A stretch of 64,000 nt of DNA, taken from positions 34,891,703 to 34,955,702 of the forward strand of contig CP154954.1 of the NCBI GenBank assembly GCA_039621445.1, read 5' to 3'. Source of the stretch: Euglena gracilis (Eukaryota). The notes beneath the pieces were generated by a model, which saw nothing but the letters and a program-made list of their open reading frames with translations, was not told the origin of the DNA and ran no database searches. A program made the translations under genes and the position numbers. The stretch's first letter is position 1, and the number at the start of each line of letters is the position of its first letter. Shown piece by piece: positions 1 to 13,004 of this stretch.

Positions 1-1
1 A

Positions 2-701
2 GTTTTGGATCGTATTCATGACAACAAGGAGGAGAGTGGTTTTAGTCCTTACGACAGTTTGTTCGGAAGGGATAGACCCATTGGGGGGATACCCTATGAA
101 CCAACAAAGGAGTGTGAGGACGCTCAAAGAGCCGAATGAGGGAGATGGATGAGAAAGTTGCAAAAGTTCTCAACCACACACATTGGGTTCAGGCGAGTTG
201 GTCAACCAAGGGAGGAGGGAGTTGGTACCCTTAAAATTAGGAACCCAAGTGTGGTATAGCAGACCCGAAGGATCCGGCGAAAAATTGGATTCCAGATGGA
301 TTGGACCTGGGATTATCAAAGCCCGGGAGCGGGAGAGGAGTTACCTTATTGAAAATAAGCCCGGGGTGGAAATTAAGACTCACCGTAGTTTCCTTAAGGA
401 GTACAAAGAACCTGAAGTTTTTGGTGAGGGGGTTCCTTTGTTCTTTTTCAAAAGAACCGAAAAAGAGGAAGAAGCAATGCCTGCTGAGTGAGAGGTGGAA
501 AAAATTATCAATCATTGCAAGAGGGGGGGAACCTGGGAGTTCCTCACAAAATGGGTTGGATATAATGATGGGGAGGAAACTTGGGAGCCGGTGGGAAATT
601 TTATATACCGGTTTAGTGAGGAGTTGGTAAGGTATTGCTCGAAGAAAAATCTAGGGGTCGATTTGATGTCGGAATTAAAAAAATCTTTGAAACCCTGGTG
701 A
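2..701 (+). pseudogene. 3' end of a Ty3/gypsy pol (family A): integrase C-terminus plus chromodomain, degraded
   Basis: The frame from nt 2 reads VLDRIHDNKEESGFSPYDSLFGRDRP, which is homologous to the integrase at 19.2 kb. It continues KLDSRWIGPG (GPY/F-like region) and E*EVEKIINH..EFLTKWVGY..ETWEP (chromodomain). There is a frameshift near 130-190 and an in-frame TGA at 489-491. Confidence 0.9.
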
Positions 702-1292
702 GCCAAAAGTTGAAGGCTCGGTTCATTTTGCTTTTTTTGGATGGGGGAGCCCAAATGTTTGAGGCTCTTGTTTTGAATCGGGCCAAGTGCTGTTTCGGCG
801 AGTTATATGTGTGCTATATATGCATTGCTTGTGCATCGCATGTTTTGTTTTTGAATACACGATTCTCATGTGTTTTGATTTCTCGAGCATATGATGAATT
901 CTCTCTCTTTCTCTCTCTCTCTCTTTCCCTGCATATTTTGTGCTTGCTCTTCTCTTTCGCTTTGCTCTCACAGGTTTTGAGGACTTGGAGGCTCCAAGCA
1001 CACCCAAGGGAGCCCCAAGGGAAAAGTGCGAGCACACCACCGCAAGGAGGCGACGCAAGCAAGGAGGCGAGGCAAGGAGCGAGGAGACGAAGCAAGGAGC
1101 GAGGAGACGAGGCAAGGAGCGAGGAGACGAGGAGATGTTACACAACCAACCGAATGCACCACAACCCAATTTGTCCATAGCCCAGCCCCGTTGGGGCTTT
1201 CCTCTTTATAAACGGCCCCATCACACGCTACCCGAGCCCCGAGCCCCGCTGCCCATATTCCTCACACAAACCTCACCACTCCTTGCCATACC

Positions 1293-1751
1293 GTGAATGG
1301 AAAGGATGACCGCAGGATTTGGATTTTTTTTCAATGTCGAGCCATAGCCCCTGTAGGAGAGCGGCCCAAGGTGTATGGAGTTTCGATGATTTATTTGGAT
1401 ACCGAGTCATTGGTGAATGTTGCGGGGGGGAAGAAGCCTCGCCTTCTCCGTGGGAGCTGGGGGGGGCTGAATTTTCTCCGATGTTTGGGTGAGCTCCCTA
1501 CAAAAGTGTTTTGATCGAGGGGGGGGGCGCCCATTCCCATTCCCATGTCCAAAGGATGGTGTTATGGAGACCGCCTAATTTTTCAGTTGATGTATGATAC
1601 ACCGCGCGACGACCCTGTGAATTGTTATTTTTTTGAATTTCACCGGATGTCATTCATGAAGGGTTGGTTGCGTTTCGGATGTCCGCAAGGAGTGGGTCAT
1701 GCAAGAGAACGCCTGACAATCCAAGAACCCGATTTTTTTGGTATGCCATGA
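1293..1751 (+). pseudogene. Possible accessory ORF of unknown function in the 3' internal region of gypsy family A
   Basis: ORFs 1293-1514 and 1545-1751 are in the same frame with one TGA between them. The sequence is complex and protein-like but has no recognisable domain. Confidence 0.3.
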
Positions 1752-2252
1752 GAAAGGGAGACACAAGCGCCCGGGGGGGGTGCTGTCCGAACTCTCCCCA
1801 AAGCGGTCAAACCGAACGTTCGGGGGGGATTCTCCCTCCAAAATTATCCCTCCGGGTGCAAAAGGTCAGAACGCTCCCCACGATAGGTTTTCGATGGGGG
1901 GGGGGCTAGCCAAGTTTTTGTTTAATTTTCAATGGATTTCACAGAGTTCGTGGCAATTTTTTCTGTTGGCAGCTTTTTTTATTCCCCCAACCTGTGGGGG
2001 GGGGCATGTATTTTCGGATTTTTTTTGGGAGGGGACGTTTTCGCACATTTCTGTGCAGCCGCTAAGTGGTGCCGTGTACCTTGTTTTTGTGGCAAGGGTA
2101 CACAAGCGAGGGGCATAGGCATTCCCTTTCATTCCCTTTATCAAAACATTAGTGAAGGATTCTCGATTTCTTTCGGGTTTCGTTCTGATTTTTGGATTTC
2201 TTCAATTTTTTTTGTTCAATTTTCATTTTTTTGGGGGTCCGACTAATGTCGC

Positions 2253-2263
2253 AAGAGAGGGGG
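2253..2263 (+). other. Polypurine tract of gypsy family A
   Basis: AAGAGAGGGGG lies immediately before the TGT start of the LTR. Confidence 0.8.
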
Positions 2264-2916
2264 TGTCGACTGTCGGGGGCGTCCGACAGTCAAAAATGGT
2301 AGGGCGGAGGCTTTTGAAAACACGGAATTTTCATTCCGCACAGAAGGCGCATTCAATAGGAAAAGCCTAATTTGAGGTTCTAATTTAACACAATTTGCTC
2401 CCGCAGACCTTTGTGGGTTTTTTGTGATTGATATCAATCAACAATTGAATTGGAGAATTGAATTCAAGGCAAGTTGCATTGTTTGGAAGAATTGTCAATT
2501 TCAGGTCCCTCTTCCCACTTTCACGGTGTGTGCGTGTTTCTGTTGTCTTTTACCACCATCCATTGCACCAAAACACCCACACTGACCATTTCCAGTGTTT
2601 TTGCAAACTTAAGAAAGGGTTGGTGAAATGGATTTGTGGGGACTGAAATTTGGACTACATTTTTAAAGGAAGAGAATTTTGACTTTGTGCAAGTTTTCAG
2701 GGGAAAAGCAAATTTGATCCTACGCACACGCCTCTGGTCGGGGGGTACACCAGTTGGCGAAACGGGGGGTGGCCTGAGCCGTCCACCAGCCAGAAAAACA
2801 CTGGCCCCGGGACAGGGAACAACAGCCCCAAGGGTGGGTGTCAGGGACGAGGCAGCCGGCCGGGGGGGCTGGGGTATCGGGTCCGACACTCGCAGGGGGG
2901 GCGCCGGGTGTGAACA
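2264..2916 (+). mobile_element. 3' LTR of gypsy family A (653 bp)
   Basis: TGT...ACA ends, preceded by a PPT and followed by TTGG of the satellite. Repeated three more times downstream. A 9-bp-stem hairpin GACTGTCGG/CCGACAGTC sits near the start. Confidence 0.85.
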
Positions 2917-3772
2917 TTGGGCCTTACTCCGAGTAACCGAATGGGTGTTCCAGGAGGCCTCCAACGTCGGGGGACCCGTTGGTTTCGTGATTGTCGTGGT
3001 TTAATGGTAAGAAAAACATGCAGCGGGAATGTTGGTTGCAAGAAATGAGCACATTTAGATGGGTGCATTCGACCATTCCGGGGGACATTTACCAGGTCAG
3101 CCCAGGTTACCACGTAAAAATGGACCAAATTGGGCCTTACTCCGAGTAACCGAAGGGGTGTTTCAGGAGGCCTGCAAAGTCAAGGGACCCGTTGGTTTCA
3201 TGATTTTCGTGGTTTAATGGTAAGAAAAACATGCAGCGGAATGTTGGTTGCAAGAAATGAGCACATTTAGATGGGTGCATTCGACCATTCCGGGGGACAT
3301 TTACCAGGTCAGCCCAGGTTACCATGTAAAAATGGACCAAATTGGGCCTTACTCCGAGTAACCGAATGGGTGTTACAGGAGGCCTCCAAAGTCAGGGGAC
3401 CCGTTGGTTTCATGATTGTCGTGGTTTAATGGTAAGAAAAGCATGCAGCGGGAATGTTGGTTGCAAGAAATGAGCACATTTCGATGGGTGCATTCGACCA
3501 TTCCGGGGGACATTTACCAGGTCAGCCCAGGTTACCATGTAAAAATGGACCAAATTGGGCCTTACTCCGAGTAACCGAATGGGTTTTACAGGAGGCCTCC
3601 AAAGTCAGGGGACCCGTTGGTTTCATGATTGTCGTGGTTTAATGGTAAGAAAAACATGCAGCGGGAATGTTGGTTGCAAGAAATGAGCACATTTAGATGG
3701 GTGCATTCGACCATTCCGGGAGAACATTTACCAGGTCAGCCCAGGTTACCATGTAAAAATGGACCAAGTTGG

Positions 3773-4425
3773 TGTCGACTGTCGGGGGCGTCCGACAGTC
3801 AAAAATGGTAGGGCGGAAGCTTTTGAAAACACGGAATTTTCATTCCGCGCAGAACGCGCATTCAATAGGAAAAGCCTAATTTGAGGTTCTAATTTAACAC
3901 AATTTGCTTCCGCAGACCTTTGTGGGTTTTTTGTGATTGGCATCAATCAACAATTGAATTGGAGAATTGAATTCAAGGCAAGTTGCATTGTTTGGAAGAA
4001 TTGTCAATTTCAGGTCCCTCTTCCCACTTTCACGGTGTGTGCGTGTTTCTGTTGTCTTTTACCACCATCCATTGCACCAAAACACCCACCCTGACCATTT
4101 CCAGTGTTTTTGCAAACATAAGAAAGGGTTGGTGAAATGGATTTGTGGGGACTGAAATTTGGACTACATTTTTAAAGGAAGAGAATTTTGACTTTGTGCA
4201 AGTTTTCAGGGGAAAAGCAAATTTGATCCTACGCACACGCCTCTGGTCGGGGGGTACACCAGTTGGCGAAACGGGGGGTGGCCTGAGCCGTCCACCAGCC
4301 AGAAAAACACTGGCCCCGGGACAGGGAACAACAGCCCCAAGGGTGGGTGTCAGGGACGAGGCAGCCGGCCGGGGGGGCTGGGGTATCGGGTCCGACACTC
4401 GCAGGGGGGGCGCCGGGTGTGAACA
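3773..4425 (+). mobile_element. Family A LTR copy 2 (solo-like)
   Basis: Near-identical to 2264-2916 and flanked by TTGG on both sides. Confidence 0.85.
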
Positions 4426-5281
4426 TTGGGCCTTACTCCGAGTAACCGAATGGGTGTTCCAGGAGGCCTCCAACGTCGGGGGACCCGTTGGTTTCGTGAT
4501 TGTCGTGGTTTAATGGTAAGAAAAACATGCAGCGGGAATGTTGGTTGCAAGAAATGAGCACATTTAGATGGGTGCATTCGACCATTCCGGGGGACATTTA
4601 CCAGGTCAGCCCAGGTTACCACGTAAAAATGGACCAAATTGGGCCTTACTCCGAGTAACCGAAGGGGTGTTTCAGGAGGCCTGCAAAGTCAAGGGACCCG
4701 TTGGTTTCATGATTTTCGTGGTTTAATGGTAAGAAAAACATGCAGCGGAATGTTGGTTGCAAGAAATGAGCACATTTAGATGGGTGCATTCGACCATTCC
4801 GGGGGACATTTACCAGGTCAGCCCAGGTTACCATGTAAAAATGGACCAAATTGGGCCTTACTCCGAGTAACCGAATGGGTGTTACAGGAGGCCTCCAAAG
4901 TCAGGGGACCCGTTGGTTTCATGATTGTCGTGGTTTAATGGTAAGAAAAACATGCAGCGGGAATGTTGGTTGCAAGAAATGAGCACATTTCGATGGGTGC
5001 ATTCGACCATTCCGGGGGACATTTACCAGGTCAGCCCAGGTTACCATGTAAAAATGGACCAAATTGGGCCTTACTCCGAGTAACCGAATGGGTTTTACAG
5101 GAGGCCTCCAAAGTCAGGGGACCCGTTGGTTTCATGATTGTCGTGGTTTAATGGTAAGAAAAACATGCAGCGGGAATGTTGGTTGCAAGAAATGAGCACA
5201 TTTAGATGGGTGCATTCGACCATTCCGGGAGAACATTTACCAGGTCAGCCCAGGTTACCATGTAAAAATGGACCAAATTGG

Positions 5282-5934
5282 TGTCGACTGTCGGGGGCGT
5301 CCGACAGTCAAAAATGGTAGGGCGGAAGCTTTTGAAAACACGGAATTTTCATTCCGCGCAGAACGCGCATTCAATAGGAAAAGCCTAATTTGAGGTTCTA
5401 ATTTAACACAATTTGCTTCCGCAGACCTTTGTGGGTTTTTTGTGATTGGCATCAATCAACAATTGAATTGGAGAATTGAATTCAAGGCAAGTTGCATTGT
5501 TTGGAAGAATTGTCAATTTCAGGTCCCTCTTCCCACTTTCACGGTGTGTGCGTGTTTCTGTTGTCTTTTACCACCATCCATTGCACCAAAACACCCACAC
5601 TGACCATTTCCAGTGTTTTTGCAAACTTAAGAAAGGGTTGGTGAAATGGATTTGTGGGGACTGAAATTTGGACTACATTTTTAAAGGAAGAGAATTTTGA
5701 CTTTGTGCAAGTTTTCAGGGGAAAAGCAAATTTGATCCTACGCACACTCGTCTGGGGTGGGGGTACACCAGTTGGCGAAACGGGGGGTGGCCTGAGCCGT
5801 CCACCAGCCAGAAAAACACTGGCCCCGGGACAGGGAACAACAGCCCCAAGGGTGGGTGTCAGGGACGAGGCAGCCGGCCGGGGGGGCTGGGGTATCGGGT
5901 CCGACACTCGCAGGGGGGGCGCCGGGTGTGAACA
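5282..5934 (+). mobile_element. Family A LTR copy 3 (solo-like)
   Basis: Near-identical copy with TTGG on both sides. Confidence 0.85.
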
Positions 5935-6790
5935 TTGGGCCTTACTCCGAGTAACCGAATGGGTGTTCCAGGAGGCCTCCAACGTCGGGGGACCCGTTGG
6001 TTTCGTGATTGTCGTGGTTTAATGGTAAGAAAAACATGCAGCGGGAATGTTGGTTGCAAGAAATGAGCACATTTAGATGGGTGCATTCGACCATTCCGGG
6101 GGACATTTACCAGGTCAGCCCAGGTTACCACGTAAAAATGGACCAAATTGGGCCTTACTCCGAGTAACCGAAGGGGTGTTTCAGGAGGCCTGCAAAGTCA
6201 AGGGACCCGTTGGTTTCATGATTTTCGTGGTTTAATGGTAAGAAAAACATGCAGCGGAATGTTGGTTGCAAGAAATGAGCACATTTAGATGGGTGCATTC
6301 GACCATTCCGGGGGACATTTACCAGGTCAGCCCAGGTTACCATGTAAAAATGGACCAAATTGGGCCTTACTCCGAGTAACCGAATGGGTGTTACAGGAGG
6401 CCTCCAAAGTCAGGGGACCCGTTGGTTTCATGATTGTCGTGGTTTAATGGTAAGAAAAACATGCAGCGGGAATGTTGGTTGCAAGAAATGAGCACATTTC
6501 GATGGGTGCATTCGACCATTCCGGGGGACATTTACCAGGTCAGCCCAGGTTACCATGTAAAAATGGACCAAATTGGGCCTTACTCCGAGTAACCGAATGG
6601 GTTTTACAGGAGGCCTCCAAAGTCAGGGGACCCGTTGGTTTCATGATTGTCGTGGTTTAATGGTAAGAAAAACATGCAGCGGGAATGTTGGTTGCAAGAA
6701 ATGAGCACATTTAGATGGGTGCATTCGACCATTCCGGGAGAACATTTACCAGGTCAGCCCAGGTTACCATGTAAAAATGGACCAAATTGG

Positions 6791-7443
6791 TGTCGACTGT
6801 CGGGGGCGTCCGACAGTCAAAAATGGTAGGGCGGAAGCTTTTGAAAACACGGAATTTTCATTCCGCGCAGAACGCGCATTCAATAGGAAAAGCCTAATTT
6901 GAGGTTCTAATTTAACACAATTTGCTTCCGCAGACCTTTGTGGGTTTTTTGTGATTGGCATCAATCAACAATTGAATTGGAGAATTGAATTCAAGGCAAG
7001 TTGCATTGTTTGGAAGAATTGTCAATTTCAGGTCCCTCTTCCCACTTTCACGGTGTGTGCGTGTTTCTGTTGTCTTTTACCACCATCCATTGCACCAAAA
7101 CACCCACCCTGACCATTTCCAGTGTTTTTGCATACTTAAGAAAGGGTGGGTGAAATGGCTTCGTGGGGACTGAAATTTGGGACTACATTTTTAAAGGAAG
7201 AGAATTTTGACTTTGTGCAAGTTTTCAGGGGAAAAGCAAATTCGATCCTACGCGCTCCCCTCTGGTTCGGGGGTACACCAGTGGGCGAAACGGGGGGTGG
7301 CCTGAGCCCTCCACCACCCAGAAAAACACTGGCCCCGGGCCAGGGAACGGCAGCCCCAAGGGTGGGTGTCAGGGACGAGGCAGCCGGCCGGGGGGCTGGG
7401 GTATCGGGTCCGACACTCGCAAGGGGGGAGCCGGGTGTGAACA
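6791..7443 (+). mobile_element. Family A LTR copy 4 (solo LTR, more divergent 3' half)
   Basis: TGT...ACA ends with TTGG on both sides. The 3' half differs from copies 1-3. Confidence 0.85.
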
Positions 7444-8721
7444 TTGGGCCTTACTCCGAGTAACCGAATGGGTGTTCCAGGACGCCTCCAAAGTCAGGGG
7501 ACCCGTTGGTTTCATGATTGTCGTGGTTTAATGGTAAGAAAAACATGCAGCGGGAATGTTGGTTGCAAGAAATGAGCACATTTAGATGGGTGCTTTCGAC
7601 CATTCCGGGAGGTTTACCAGGTCAGCCCAGGTTACCCTGTAAAAATGGACCAAATTGGGCCTTACTCCGAGTAACCGAATGGGTGTTCCAGGAGGCCTCC
7701 AAAGTCAGGGCACCCGTTGGTTTCATGACTGTCGTGGTTTAATTGTAAGAAAAACATGCAGCGGGAATGTTGTTTGCAAGAATGAGCACATTCAGATGAG
7801 TGCATTCCACCATTCCGGGGGACACTTACCAGGTCAGCCCAGGTTACCATGTAAAAAAGGACCCAATTGGGCCTAGCTCCGAGTAACCGAATGGGTGTTC
7901 CAGGAGGCCTTTGAAGTCAGGGGACCCGTTGGTTTCAGGATTGTCGAGGTTAAATTGTAAGCAAAATATGCAGCGGGAATGTTGGTTGCAAGAAATGAGC
8001 ACATTTAGATGGGTGCATTCGACAATTCCGGGGGACATTTACCAGGTCAGCCCAGGTTACCATGTAAAAATGGACCCAATTGAGCCTAACTCCGAGTAAC
8101 CGAATGGGTGTTCCAGGAGGCCTTCAGAGTCAGGGGACCCGTTGGTTTCAGGATTGTCGTGGTTTAATGGTAAGAAAAACATGCAGCGGGAGTGTTGGTT
8201 GCAAGGCACGAGCACATTTAGATGGGTACATTCGACCATTCCGGGGGACATTTACCAGGTCAGCCCAGGTTACCCTGTAAAAATGGACCAAAATGGGCCT
8301 TATTCCGAGTAACCGAATGGGTGTTCCAGAAGGCCTCCAACGTCGGGGGACCCGTTGGTTTCATGATTGTCGTGGTTTAATTGTAAAAAAAACATGCAGC
8401 GGGAATGTTGGTTGCAAGACACGAGCACATTTAGATGGGTGCATTCGACCATTCCGGGGGACATTTACCAGGTCAGCCCAGGTTACCATGTAAAATGGAC
8501 CAAAATGGGCCTTACTCCGGGTAACCGAATGGGTGTTCCAGGAGGCCTCCAAAGTCAGGGGACCCGTTGGTTTCATGATTGTCGTGGTTTAATGGTAAGA
8601 AAAACATGCAGCGGGAATGTTGGTTGCAAGAAATGAGCACATTTAGATGGGTGCATTCGAAAATTCCAGGGGACATTTACAGGTCAGCCCCGGTTACCAT
8701 GTAAAAATGGACCAAGTGACC

Positions 8722-9405
8722 TGTGCGCGGTCCGAGGGTTCCCGCCCCAAGGAGGGGTCCCAAGGGGGCCAAAAGGGGCCACGAAGGGCCGCGAGGTGGC
8801 TCCAAGGCCCCCAAGGGCCTTTTGAGGCCCCACTGGCCCCCAAGGCGGCCCCACAGCCCATTGTGAGCAAGCCAAGGGAAGGTAAAGGAGGCGGCAGTTT
8901 GAGGGGGCCAACAGGCAACCCCCAAGGGGATGCGCAAGCCCTACAGGGCTTTGCACAAGCATGCGCACCCCCTTGGTCAGCGCTTGCGATGGCGCAATTC
9001 ATTATGAATTGCGCAGAGTATACCAAGTAGCCCCCCCAGCTGTAGCCCCCCTCCAATTGTACATTTTCTGTTCAAAGGGCTCTGTTTACACTCTGTTCAC
9101 ATACTGCTCTTTGTTTGGCATTCAACTGTGGTTTTGCATTTGGCAATCGACAAACAATCAAACGAGTTCAAGCAAACAAGTCCAAGTCATTGACCAGGTT
9201 ATTCATTCAAGTTCAATTGAGTGGACCCAAAAAGTACGTATTTTTCCAATTCTGCAGCTTCACCTACACCAACACCAACCCCTACCCCACTTTTTCACCA
9301 AGGGAAAAACCCTGTGGGCCCGACGGGCTCAAATCTAAACGATCCTACGCGGGTTGCGCCGCCAGGGGTCCCTTCGCAGGGACCACAGGAGGGGAAACCC
9401 CTACA
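8722..9405 (+). mobile_element. 5' LTR, family B (684 bp)
   Basis: TGTGCGCGG...CTACA. Roughly 90-94% identical by eye to 22179-22857. Confidence 0.92.
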
Positions 9406-9424
9406 TGGTAGCAGAGGGGGGTTT
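9406..9424 (+). other. Primer-binding site complementary to the 3' end of initiator tRNA-Met
   Basis: TGGTAGCAGAG(GGGGGTTT) directly follows the LTR CA and matches the ...CUCUGCUACCA end of eukaryotic tRNA-iMet. Confidence 0.85.
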
Positions 9425-10683
9425 GAGCCCTCTGGGCTCACACTATGTGAGCCTGGGGAAGTCCCAGAATACCAGGAGGAGGACGAGGACGACACCCGCC
9501 ACAGCCATGGCAGCCCCAGCCATTACGGCCAGGGCCAGGAGCTCCTGGCCATTGCTGGGCCAGCCCAGCCGGACCCCCAGCAGCAACAATCGTCTGGGTC
9601 GGGCTTGGCACTACCCGGCAGCCTGGGACTGCTATCCGGCATGCCCAGCTTGGTCATGCCAGAGTTTGTGCATGATATGACCAGGCAGCTCATGTGGCAG
9701 TTCGCCATGCGGGGGAAGATCAAAGAAGAAGAACAAGAACCAGAAGAAGAAGACGAAGAAGAATTTGCAAGCCAGACCCAGCCACCTTTACTGGAAGGGG
9801 GGCCCTGGAAGACGAAGAAGAATTTGCAAGTCAGACCCAGCCACTTTTACTGGAAGGGGGGCCCTGGCAAAACCCTGAGAGTGCCGGGCCGGCACATGCG
9901 CCGGTGGGCCATGTCGGGTCTGGGCATTTCCCAGCCGGACCCGACCATTGCTCGTTGGTGCATGCTGGTCCCGGGCATGATGGGCCCCAAGGACATGCCC
10001 CAGACCCAGCCACTCAGTGGCAGCTGCAGGAGCTGCCCCCAGCAGGGGATTTGATGGAGGACGAGGACCAGACATCCCAGGGGGGGGTTGGTGCCAGAAC
10101 AGAGCCCGAAGGGGAGGCACCCCCCTCACCCCCCTCAGAGGCTGTGGGAGGAGGCGGAGGTACACGCCGCTGCCTCAGTGGTTCTGGGGCAGGAGATCCA
10201 GAGGTTGGACGGTTGGGTTGGCGACCTGCAAAGTCGGCTCGCTGAAGCGGGGGCCACCACAGCTGCTTCAGTTAGCCGCCTGGAGCAGTTGGTGTCCCTG
10301 CAGTTTCAGCGGGTCATTGAAAATTTTTAAGGAGTGGTGCAGCAAATGGAAAGAACCCTGGCTGGGCTAGCGTCCCAGCTGGCTGACAATTTTCAAAATC
10401 TGCAGCAGAAGCAGATGGAAATTTTTTTTGGGGGGATGACAGCTTTGAGCGAGCTGGTGACCACACGGCTGGGCGAAAGCCTCGGGACTGTGGCCCTACT
10501 AGCACAGAGGGTCCAGGGGCTCGAGGCCATCGCCAGCCAGGGTCACCAGCCAGCTGAGGGGCAGGGGTTTAACGAGGCGATGACTGGGCGAGTAAAAAAC
10601 ATGGAAGAGCTCCTTGTCACCTCCGTCCGCACCACGGAGGAGGTGATGAGGAGCCAGGAGCTGGCCAGCGGGCGGGGAGGCTG
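9425..10683 (+). pseudogene. N-terminal low-complexity/coiled-coil part of the family B gag ORF (frameshifted, cut by the inversion)
   Basis: Overlapping ORFs 9221-10054, 10088-10330 and 10334-10684 with heptad-like helices. Contains a ~57-bp tandem duplication at ~9750-9870. Confidence 0.6.
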
Positions 10684-11110
10684 ATGTCGGCAAATACCTT
10701 GGAGGCAGGATATGCCCATCTGCTGAGGGCATCCGCCACCACGTTTTCCTTTCCCGGAATGTAGACCACGTGAAGGTCAAACCGGGAGAACATTTCATGC
10801 CAGCGGCCCCGCCTTCCCGCAGGTCCGCTGGGCGTGTCCAGGGTTTCCTTGGCCCAGGCCTCCAGGGACTTATGGTCCGTGAGGACCAACACCGGCTGCA
10901 GGCCGATGTAGGTGGCCCATTTTTGGAGGGCCAGGATGATGGCGTAAGTCTCCTTCTCTCGCGGAGACCAGCTCTTCACCTGCCCTTCCTGGAGCAGAAG
11001 GCCACCGGCACGGTTTTCCGTGTGGTGGCCTCCACGGCTGTGGGCATCCCCTCCGTTGGCTCCAAAAACTGTTCAAGGGCTGCCCTCACCGCCTTGTCGC
11101 TCGCATCAAC
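10684..11110 (-). pseudogene. RNase H of family B pol
   Basis: LLVDASD, PVAFCSRK, WSPREKETYAII, LTDHKSL, NVVADALSR. Frameshift near 10980. Confidence 0.92.
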
Positions 11111-12202
11111 CAGGAGAATGAACGGCTGGTCCAGGTTGATGGTGTGGAGCTCGAATCCCCGGAGGAGCTCCTGCTTCAGGGCGCTGAAGGCCTCCCGTTC
11201 CACTTGGCCGACTTTCACAGGTTTTTTGCTGCCTTTTTTCCCTTCCACACGTCCCACCTTTAGGAGTTCCATCAGGGGGGCTGCATACCGGGCATACTCC
11301 TTCACGTATCTGGAGTAGTAGTTGGAGAAGCCCAGAAAGCCCCTGAGGGCTGCGATCGTGCGGGGCTCCTCCCACTTCTCCAGCGCCATGAGTTTGCCCG
11401 GGGCTGGCCTCCGTTTTCCTCCCCCCAGGATGTGGCCACAGAACTCCACTTCTCTTACGAAGAAGCGGCACTTGTTTTTGTCCACGACCAGGCGGTGTCC
11501 CCGCAGTGCCCCCAACACTCGCCTTATGTCCTGGTCGTGTGCATCCAGGGTAGCTTCCTCCGTGCCACACCACTCGGTCCCCACGATGATGTCGTCAACG
11601 TATGGGTTGGTGACATCAGCCACATCCCTCAGCGAGTAGTCGATCACCCGCTGAAAAATGGCCACTCCGTTTTTCAGGCCCATCACGACCACACACCACT
11701 GCTTGGACCCTCGGGGGGTGCTGCTGCAGGTGTATGGGCGTGAGTCTTCGTGCAGGGGCACCTGATGGAAGGCATCCTTGGGATCAAGGACGGAGAACAG
11801 GTACCTCCGTCCCTGGTTCACCAGGATGTCTTCAATCCTGGGGAGGGGGTAAGCATCCGTCACTGTGGCCTCGTTTAATGCCCGGAAATCGACAACCCCA
11901 CGCCACTTCCCCTGTTTCTCGGCCACCACGGATGTGGGGCTGCTCCAGGCACTTGGCACCCCCTCCTCCACCTTCTTGTCCCGAACCGACTCATCCACCA
12001 GGTCACACAAGGCCCTGTGCCTCTCCCCTGTCAGGAGGATGGGCCTCTGTTTCTTTGCCACAGATCCCGGTTTTAATTCGATTTTCCCTTCCCCCAGGGG
12101 CCCCCGGACGATTATTTTCTCCCAAATCCTGTCCCGGAGAGCTTCCCCCTCGAAATCCTTTCGCAGGGCTGCCCGGAGCTCCTCAGCACGCTGGCTGGTC
12201 AC
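11111..12202 (-). pseudogene. Reverse transcriptase (Ty3/gypsy type)
   Basis: KWRGVVDFRALN, YPLPRIED, DAFHQV, MGLKNG, YVDD (11591-11602), FCGHI, LRGFLG. Confidence 0.95.
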
Positions 12203-12529
12203 CTGTTCCCCCTCGGGAACAAGGATGACCCCTTGGGCTGCCCGTCACTCGACCTCCCGGGCTGCCCGCAGGAATTCCTTGGCCATTGTCTCCTGGGTCG
12301 CCTCATCCTCGTGCAAGGAATTTTCCTCCCACTCAGGCTCCTCGGTGTCCTCCCCGAGGGCTGCCTCTGGCAAAGCAAGCCGCAGTGCTCTGACGTTTCC
12401 CACCATTTTCAGGTATCTCACTCGCTTTTGTGCGTTTTTGTGGGCTGCTGGCTGAACTTGCTCACCCTCCGCATCATGTCCCCGAAGGAGGACCACCTGC
12501 TCTCCCCTCAATGCCAAGGATCAGGGATG

Positions 12530-12880
12530 TGCAAACACCCCGAGCTGGTTTTCCTCCAGCCACGGGAACCCGACGATGGCCTCCACGTTGATGTCAGCCT
12601 CATAGAAGGAGGCTGGGGCCGTCCACAGGGCCCCCTCCCCCTGACCCGGCCCCCCCCCTCCCGCCGGAGGACCTGGTCTAGGGTTGCCTCACGTTCCCCC
12701 CCTTCCATCTTGGCGCCACTGGCCGTCACCAGGGACAGGGGCTTGGGGGCAGGCAGGAGGTATGTGCTGGGTAGCATGCCTCTTCGGACCAGGTTCACCT
12801 CTGCCCCTGTGTCAATGAGGGCGTTGACGAAGTGGGTCTGTCTGTCTGGCCCCCTGGCCTGCACCCGCATCAGCAGCTGC
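12530..12880 (-). pseudogene. Retropepsin-like aspartic protease
   Basis: ALIDTGAEVNLV (DTG at 12805-12813). The C-terminal AIVGFPWL motif lies in a shifted frame. Confidence 0.88.
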
Positions 12881-13004
12881 TGTTCACTGGCACCCTGCCC
12901 CACCTCACGGAGCAATACCGAGGGCACCCCTCGCTCTCTCTGGGGGTCCCGCTCTGGCTCCGGAGACCCGGCAGCGTGGGCCTCCGGTGCCGGTGCTGTG
13001 GCCA

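Larger units (their letters stand above)
2264..7443 (+). repeat. 1509-bp higher-order tandem repeat (LTR + four satellite monomers), three full units plus a fourth LTR
   Basis: LTR starts at 2264, 3773, 5282 and 6791, an exact 1509-bp period. Monomer-specific variants recur in register. Confidence 0.95.
2917..8716 (+). repeat. ~213-bp tandem satellite, array 1 (interrupted by LTRs)
   Basis: Repeated monomer TTGGGCCTTACTCCGAGTAACCGAATGGGTGTTCCAGGAGGCCTCC...GTTACCATGTAAAAATGGACCAAA. Confidence 0.97.

Noticed and set aside
489-491. TGA=Trp recoding or programmed readthrough before the chromodomains (also 19702)
   Set aside because: The two stops are at different positions, another expected Trp is TAG (19525), TGG is used throughout, and both elements have frameshifts. 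Ordinary decay explains it.
2917-8716. Many 60-130 aa ORFs in the satellite and LTR copies
   Set aside because: They are by-products of repeated sequence, open and close with single substitutions, and contain no domains.
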